A stretch of 64,000 nt of DNA from Trichoplax sp. H2 (Eukaryota), in NCBI GenBank assembly GCA_003344405.1, contig NOWV01000015.1:62001-126000 (forward strand). The letters run 5' to 3'. The stretch's first letter is position 1. Every line of letters starts with the position of its first letter. The notes beneath the pieces were generated by a model that made no database searches, had not been told where the DNA came from, and worked only from the letters and a program-made list of their open reading frames with translations. Both the position numbers and the translations under genes were made by a program. Shown here piece after piece: positions 57,447 through 64,000 of the stretch.

Positions 57447-58934
57447 ATATCCAATCAAGGCTAATTAGTCATTAAGAGCATATATATTTAACCGTAATTT
57501 CCATGCAGAGATACTAACAGAAGAGACTTTACTTTGGATACCTTACTCAGCCTTGTGCCAGGGAACTGAAAATAGCATGATGAACAGTTTAAGTAATCAT
57601 AAAATTAATAGGTTTAATAGACATGGAAAAGGAGTGCCTTTCGTTTGAGCAGTAAGTTACAGCTACCGTATAGGTATCCGTAGAACTTATAACATGATAG
57701 GTTAGTCAAACATTTCAATTCGATATTTGTTTTCTATACGGGTAAATTGAGCTCTAAGAGCAAGCTAATAACTGCTTTTTAAATATGGAATATTCATCTA
57801 TCTGTCCACTTCATCTATAATTAACCAGTAATGATGTTTCTCAGCTAATATCGATTTCATTTTGCATAGCTACAGATCATCTTCAAAAGGAATCTAAAAT
57901 TTCGCTTCAGTATGAAATAGTAATAGGTATTGTTATGAACTTTATCGATTTACATCTGGAAAGTGAATGAATCAAACTATTATTAGCTGAGAAAGCTTAA
58001 TATAAATACTTAATAGGCAGATTCAATCCGGTAGAATACTAATGCTCTTACATCGAATTAATGTACATCCGCTAATGCATTGTATAGCATGATTATGCGT
58101 AAATTTAGTCACCATTTATGGAAGTAATCGCACGACTTGGATAAGTGATTTGTGACATTGCATTCATTTAAAGAGTAAGATGATATATTGCACCAAAATT
58201 GCGATATTATAGAATGTATTGTATAATGAATTGCTGTCGATATCCCATTCCTAATAATTAATCTACGATGTAACAAATATTTTGTATTTCCATAGCTTTG
58301 AGGCGTGATTTTGATTAACTTTGTTAAGACATATTGTAACCATCAATATGGTTGTTTAATATGCTTAATTAAATACAACATCAAAGACTCAAGTTTTCTC
58401 TTAAACTGACCAATCCATTTTAAGACTGTGGTGATAAAACTGACGATCATTTGTATATCCAGTCTTATCTAATAAACGACTTAAACTATTATAGAGTACA
58501 GGATGAAGCGCTAAGTGTTAGTTTTGCCTTGCATCGGCATTCAGAACCTTAACTGGATTTAATTATATTGGATTGGTAGGATATTATGGCATACGAAGTA
58601 CAGTAGTTAGGGTATTAGAACATAAACAAGAAGAGAATGCAAGACCGTAACTTATGCATTACTTTATAACTATAGAGTTGTTATTTCCCTCTCGTACGAT
58701 TTAGGTGATTATAATATCATTTATAGCCTTATTTCCTTCTATGATTTCCTCAAGTATAAGTTTTATGGTTATAACTTTATGGATATTATCCCTATTCCAT
58801 TCGATTAAGTTGACCATAATATTATTTATAGCATATTTATTTCCATAATAACCGAGTTAGCTGATGTTGAGATATAGTAATTATAAATGATAATCACCAG
58901 ACTTGTATATCTGTTACGGCCAATGTCGGTAATC

Positions 58935-58976
58935 CCAGCGTTACCGGTAATGGCTTGTCATTACCGGTAATGCTGG
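58935..58976. repeat. Near-perfect 18 bp inverted repeat (hairpin) with two TTACCGGTAA palindromes
   Basis: CCAGCGTTACCGGTAATG-GCTTGT-CATTACCGGTAATGCTGG; the single mismatch is a G.T pair. Confidence 0.9.
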
Positions 58977-59600
58977 CGTCTACGACGACATTACCAACGC
59001 TGGATACATCCGATTTATTTAGTTTAAATTAGAAATTACTAATAAGTAGCTGAACACAACACTAAACCAAAACCGATAGTTATCAATGAGTAAGAAGATC
59101 AAATCTAACGTCAAACCTAAGATCAAAACTATCGGATCTTTGTAGTTCTTACCCATCTAGCTTACCATGCATATCCTTAAGTACTATCTAATTTAAACAG
59201 TGCTATTAAAAGTTCAAATTACTAATTACTAATTTTAAGACGATTACATTCCATAAAGAATCGATTCCAAATCTTGATAATTAATACTACCGTTAGTTAT
59301 TGTATTAGTAATAAATACTATAACATGAATGTAACAGCTAGGATAAAAAATAGAGCAATATATTGAAAATTGTTCTAGCTAATTATTGGTATCATATCGC
59401 CTCTATCAATTATAAACATGTGCGATTTGCTCCGAGTTATGCTACATTCCATTAATGTAATTATTTTTTATAATAATAAGGCAAACAAATCAAATATTTG
59501 TTCTAAGAATAAACCATAATTAAATCTAAATCTGATGAGAATCCTCACTGTAATCCTAGATGATATAAAATATTGCTTCTATAAGTTATCCGATCGAAAA

Positions 59601-59688
59601 GGTTTCACTACGCCGAAATATTTATTACAGAAACTATTTTCTTTGGTTTCACTACGCCGAAATATTTATTACAGAAACTATTTTCTTT
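59601..59688. repeat. Perfect 44 bp tandem duplication
   Basis: GGTTTCACTACGCCGAAATATTTATTACAGAAACTATTTTCTTT occurs twice (59601-59644, 59645-59688). Confidence 0.95.
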
Positions 59689-61054
59689 TCAGAAATTCCA
59701 TTAGCGTAAATATTTATGTCTAAGTTTAGATTGCAAAAACAACATTTTACATGAATAAAGTTCTTTGTTTTCTGCAAGAAATTTATTAAATTCTTTTACT
59801 AACTGAATAATTACAGTTTGAAATTTATTGTAGATATGTAATCGTATGAGTACATAAATAGAAAATTCTTTAATTATAAAAATACATTGTGTAAATAACA
59901 ATAACTGTCACTGAAAAGATCGATATCTTTTAGACAAAGATATCATTAATTATGAAGAAATAAGAGGATTAATAATTAGACTTAACGCAGGGTTTTTCAA
60001 TTCCTTCCGGTATTAAGTCAGAGATTGATAAGTATAAGCTGTTTGCAGATTTAGTCGCAATTGCTTTAATTCGCTAATCAATCAAGTGAGGTATTACAAC
60101 AATGATGATACCTATCTTCGAAGGGATCCATGTCTATTAGACAAAAGGTCATTAATGATAAAGAAGTAAAAGAATTAGTTTATAGAATTGTAGCAGAAAT
60201 TTCTCGATTTCTTTTGGTTTTAAGTTCCAAGACTAATAGTGTAATTTACCGACAATTTCAGTCTTAATTGCTTCAACCCACTAATCAAACTATCGGTATG
60301 CAGTAACCTAATTATGATATTCACCTTAATCTCGTAATAGTAAAGAGGATCATTTGATATCCCTTTTAATGATTCACCTACTTGATGCGACTTAACATCA
60401 AACTTTTTTAAATCACGATTATTTACGATGGTAGATAAAAATTTCATGCAATCTTAGCCCTACTGGTTAAATCTAGTAATGCACGAATAGAAATTTAGTG
60501 CTTTGAGATTGATCGATAGTATTCTTATTTAAACTCCATAGTTGATGAAATCTGATTGGTTTATTCCTATCTTTTTTATCTTAACTGATCGTCTTAAGTT
60601 TGTTAATACGCATGATTATCTTTAGCTCTAATACCTTGCCAGCTAATTAATAGTAGATATGAGGACCACTTATTGAAAAATGTATGCGCTATAAACAAAT
60701 TTTCTCAAGATGCTCTCGAGCGTAACCAAAGGGCCTTGTTTTCTGGAAAGTAAACAGAAAATTTGCTTCTAGTAAAATTCTTTGATATCGGACTATAGAC
60801 GACGAATAATGCATTCGATTATTAGCATACCCAATGCTCTAAAATAGATTTTCTAAGTAATATCCTTTAATTTTTGTAGATCGATTCATGATATTTAAAA
60901 TTGATAAGGTACTCATCCATCACGTATATCCGAACAAATTCACAGCTTTGAAAGCAACTAAATGTCATCTTAATATATCAAATAAAGAAAAAATTTTTGA
61001 TTCTATCAACGTCTTATAAAAGGATGAACTTGATATTTTGCACATGCAAATATA

Positions 61055-62025
61055 CATTAGAGCAATTAAGTTGTGAAAAAGCAAAGATATTTACGTTAAA
61101 TATTTTACATAGAGATAGGGGACTGCTTATTTTTCTATCTCTATGAACATATTGGAGTATTTCAAATCATTCATAGTAACTTGGGTGCTATCTTCAAGAG
61201 CGAAAGCTGTAACGAGCTTGAAATTTATTGAGTGGCACAAACCAAATGGAAGCATAAACTTTATATTTTACTTGTTTAATTTACCTGTCAGAGCAATTTG
61301 CTTGTAGGAAAGCAAAGATTTTTGTTAAACATATTGCATTGAGATAAGAGGTTGTTTACTTTTCATCTCCACGGACATATTGCAGCGATTTCAAATCATT
61401 GATAGTAACTAGGGAACTAATTTTACTGTTAAAGCTAGAACAAGCTTGTGGTTGGTTGAGTGATATAGACCAAATAGACAGAGAACCTTTATATTTTGTA
61501 TGTTTAATTTACGCACTAGAGTAATTAAGCAATACAGAGCCATTCACTGGGAGGAAAGCAAAAATATTTTTTTCAAATATATCCCTTAGAGATAAGAGAC
61601 TGTTCATTATTTTCCCATCTACATGGACATCTTGGAGCTATTTCAAATCATTGATGGTAACTAGGGTGGTATCTTTATAGGATAAAGCTGCAAATAGTTC
61701 TGAATTTGTTGACAGATACAGACTAGATGAAAGGATGAGCTTTATGTTTTGAATATTTAATTAGTCAATTCTCCTATTAGAGCAATTCAGTTGTAGGAAA
61801 GGAAAAAATTTTTATTAACTGTATTGTATGGACATAAGAGATTAATTATTTTTTATCTCTGTGGACATATCAAAACTACTTTTAAATCATTGATGGTAAC
61901 TAAGATGTTATCTTCACAAGCTAAAGCTATAAAGAGCTTTGAATTTATTGTCGGATAAAGACTTAGTAAAAGGATAAACTTTATACATCACACATTAATT
62001 TTACATATTAGAGTAATTAAGTAAT
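61055..62025. repeat. ~240 bp degenerate tandem repeat, 4 units
   Basis: AGAG(C/T)AATT..., GAGATAAG.G..., TTTCAAATCATT.AT.GTAACT and AAAGCT recur at ~61057, 61288, 61518 and 61777, with a partial copy at 62008. Confidence 0.85.
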
Positions 62026-64000
62026 CAGAACAGATCTAAAGTTATTTTTAAATATTGTCTCCAAAGCAAGTTCGCAATATTATCGATTGGCGTTGAAAGA
62101 AAATACAATGATGGTCTTGATAGACTATTATACGTTATACTGTACATTTCAAATATTAGAATATTTTACGAATTTTGCTGGGCAACTATTGTATCACTAT
62201 AATCGGCAATAGCCAGTCAATATTATTCCATACCAAGGCTAGAAACAAGTAGAAAAATTATCCCGTCGTGAATGAAGTTGCTCTGACAACCCATAGAATC
62301 AATTTCAAACATGACCATTCATCAATATTCAAATTTTGACCATTGACGTTGAATTTTTAAATAACGTAAAACTTGCTGTCAATATTATTACAGCGTTCTA
62401 ATGTTAAATTAATTTACGATCATCATGATAACAAAAGACGTTAAACATGGATACATGTAAAAGCATAGAATTAACATTGTATAGTAATTATACTATTTAA
62501 ACGGTGATAATAGCCAAGAATTGCTTACCTTAGTGGTTGACAGAAAGCTATATGTTGATATGGTTGTTGCTATTAACATCATGTCGGTTCAATGACAGTT
62601 TCAATAATCCATTTTATTTGCATAAGAATCGATATCCAGTAGCCCTTTCGTCATTGGATAAGATCTGAATTCATTAATTTTAGCACGTAAAGCTACGAGA
62701 TGAAGATAGTTAATTAAGGAGTGGATGATACTATAACACTTAGCAACCAAAATCACAACACCTAGTTTAACAATTGCTCAATTGTGCACCATGACATTGC
62801 CAACATGGTTTGTCTTTATTTGACACTCCCTGTATATATAATATAGCCATGTTACGAGAAAAGCTTATTTTTATGCTTAAATATTAATTCTAAATTGTGC
62901 AGTACCGGTAATTTGTACTATTAAAATTACTGACAGAGAAGGTTACAAGTTTTTGAAGAAGGAAAGATTATTTTTAACTTAGTAAGTTAAAAGCTTTGAA
63001 AATTTCCCATTTCGTTTGCTTTACACTTAAATAGCGTAATCTTATAAACATGATTTTATTTTCTCTTATAAAAGGACTAGTGCAAAATTTGATCTAAACC
63101 AAGATAGATTAAGAAGAATTAACAATTTTTATCCACAAACAGCCATTGTGATTATTGCTACTTTCTCACAAGGTAAGTTTTCGCTAAACTAATCGAGTAT
63201 ACTTAGAATAATGGACCATCAAGATGACAGGATAACCTGTTGCATTTAGCTTTTGGTCACTGAGAGTATTTAGAGTAAGACAGAATGATATTTTCGTATT
63301 TAAGACGACAAAAAAATCAATACTGCATAGCCTGTTGTATGCTGTGAAATGCATCTTATGAACTTACCTCTCTTACGCTGTGGCGTTTCTTGACGAGATC
63401 TCTTGTCGTACTATCATTTACAGATGATGTTAAAGACGATGTTAATTACAGTGTTTACAACCGCTTTGGGATAATATACTGAAATCATAACAGTAATTAA
63501 TTTTCTTTTATGAATAAAATCCTTAATTTTTCTTTAATAGCCGTCATGCTGTGTATAATCGTTTGCCTTTTACTTTGCTATCGTCATTTATTGCTAGTAA
63601 TATAAGAGCGATCTTATTTCATACATCAGTTATAATTTCAATTTAGCATTTGATCGCTCTGAGGCTCATTATACTGCCTCATGGAATCATCATCACCTTG
63701 CTTTAATTAATAAAGCAGATGAGACTGCTTTTAGAAAGTTAGAATACATCGGAGCCACCAATGATACATTGTCATAATAGCCGTATAGGATATCATTTCT
63801 ATTGGAATGGAGATTTATTATGATTAATTTTATAGTCAATCTTATGTTACTGAATCTAAATTGTACTACGTTTATTAATTTTTAAATCTTTCTGCACCTA
63901 AATTATAATAGTTTAATTTGATTTGTTCCTTGTTTTAAATTGACAAGACTATTTATACATGTAGAGAATAAATTCGAATTGGGAATGTTCAATATAAGTA

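Noticed and set aside
53000-58900. Autonomous active hAT element
   Set aside because: No TIR/TSD pair seen by eye, and the catalytic residues appear substituted.

Overview
AT-rich, compact eukaryotic (animal) genomic DNA with spliceosomal GT-AG introns. Its style and gene content suggest an early-branching metazoan such as a placozoan (Trichoplax-like); this is inference. I reconstructed seven multi-exon genes by hand: a CRT/CLT-like (chloroquine-resistance-transporter family) membrane transporter (+); CCDC149 (+, 13 coding exons); V-ATPase subunit B (-, 15 exons); a calcineurin-like metallophosphoesterase (+) transcribed divergently from it; a Mad/Mxi (MXD) bHLH-ZIP repressor (+, absent from the ORF track because its exons are small); a Not homeobox gene (+); and an intron-containing BED-finger/hAT transposase-derived gene whose catalytic residues look altered (probable domestication). 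Notable non-coding features are CAGTA/GTAC-rich tracts, including a ~1.4 kb hierarchical satellite, located at gene 5' ends; many degenerate local tandem duplications of 45-290 bp; and a near-perfect GC-rich hairpin at 58.9 kb. The Mad/Not/ATP6V1B/CCDC149 neighbourhood matches the vertebrate NK-linked paralogon. No prokaryote-type system (CRISPR etc.) is evident.
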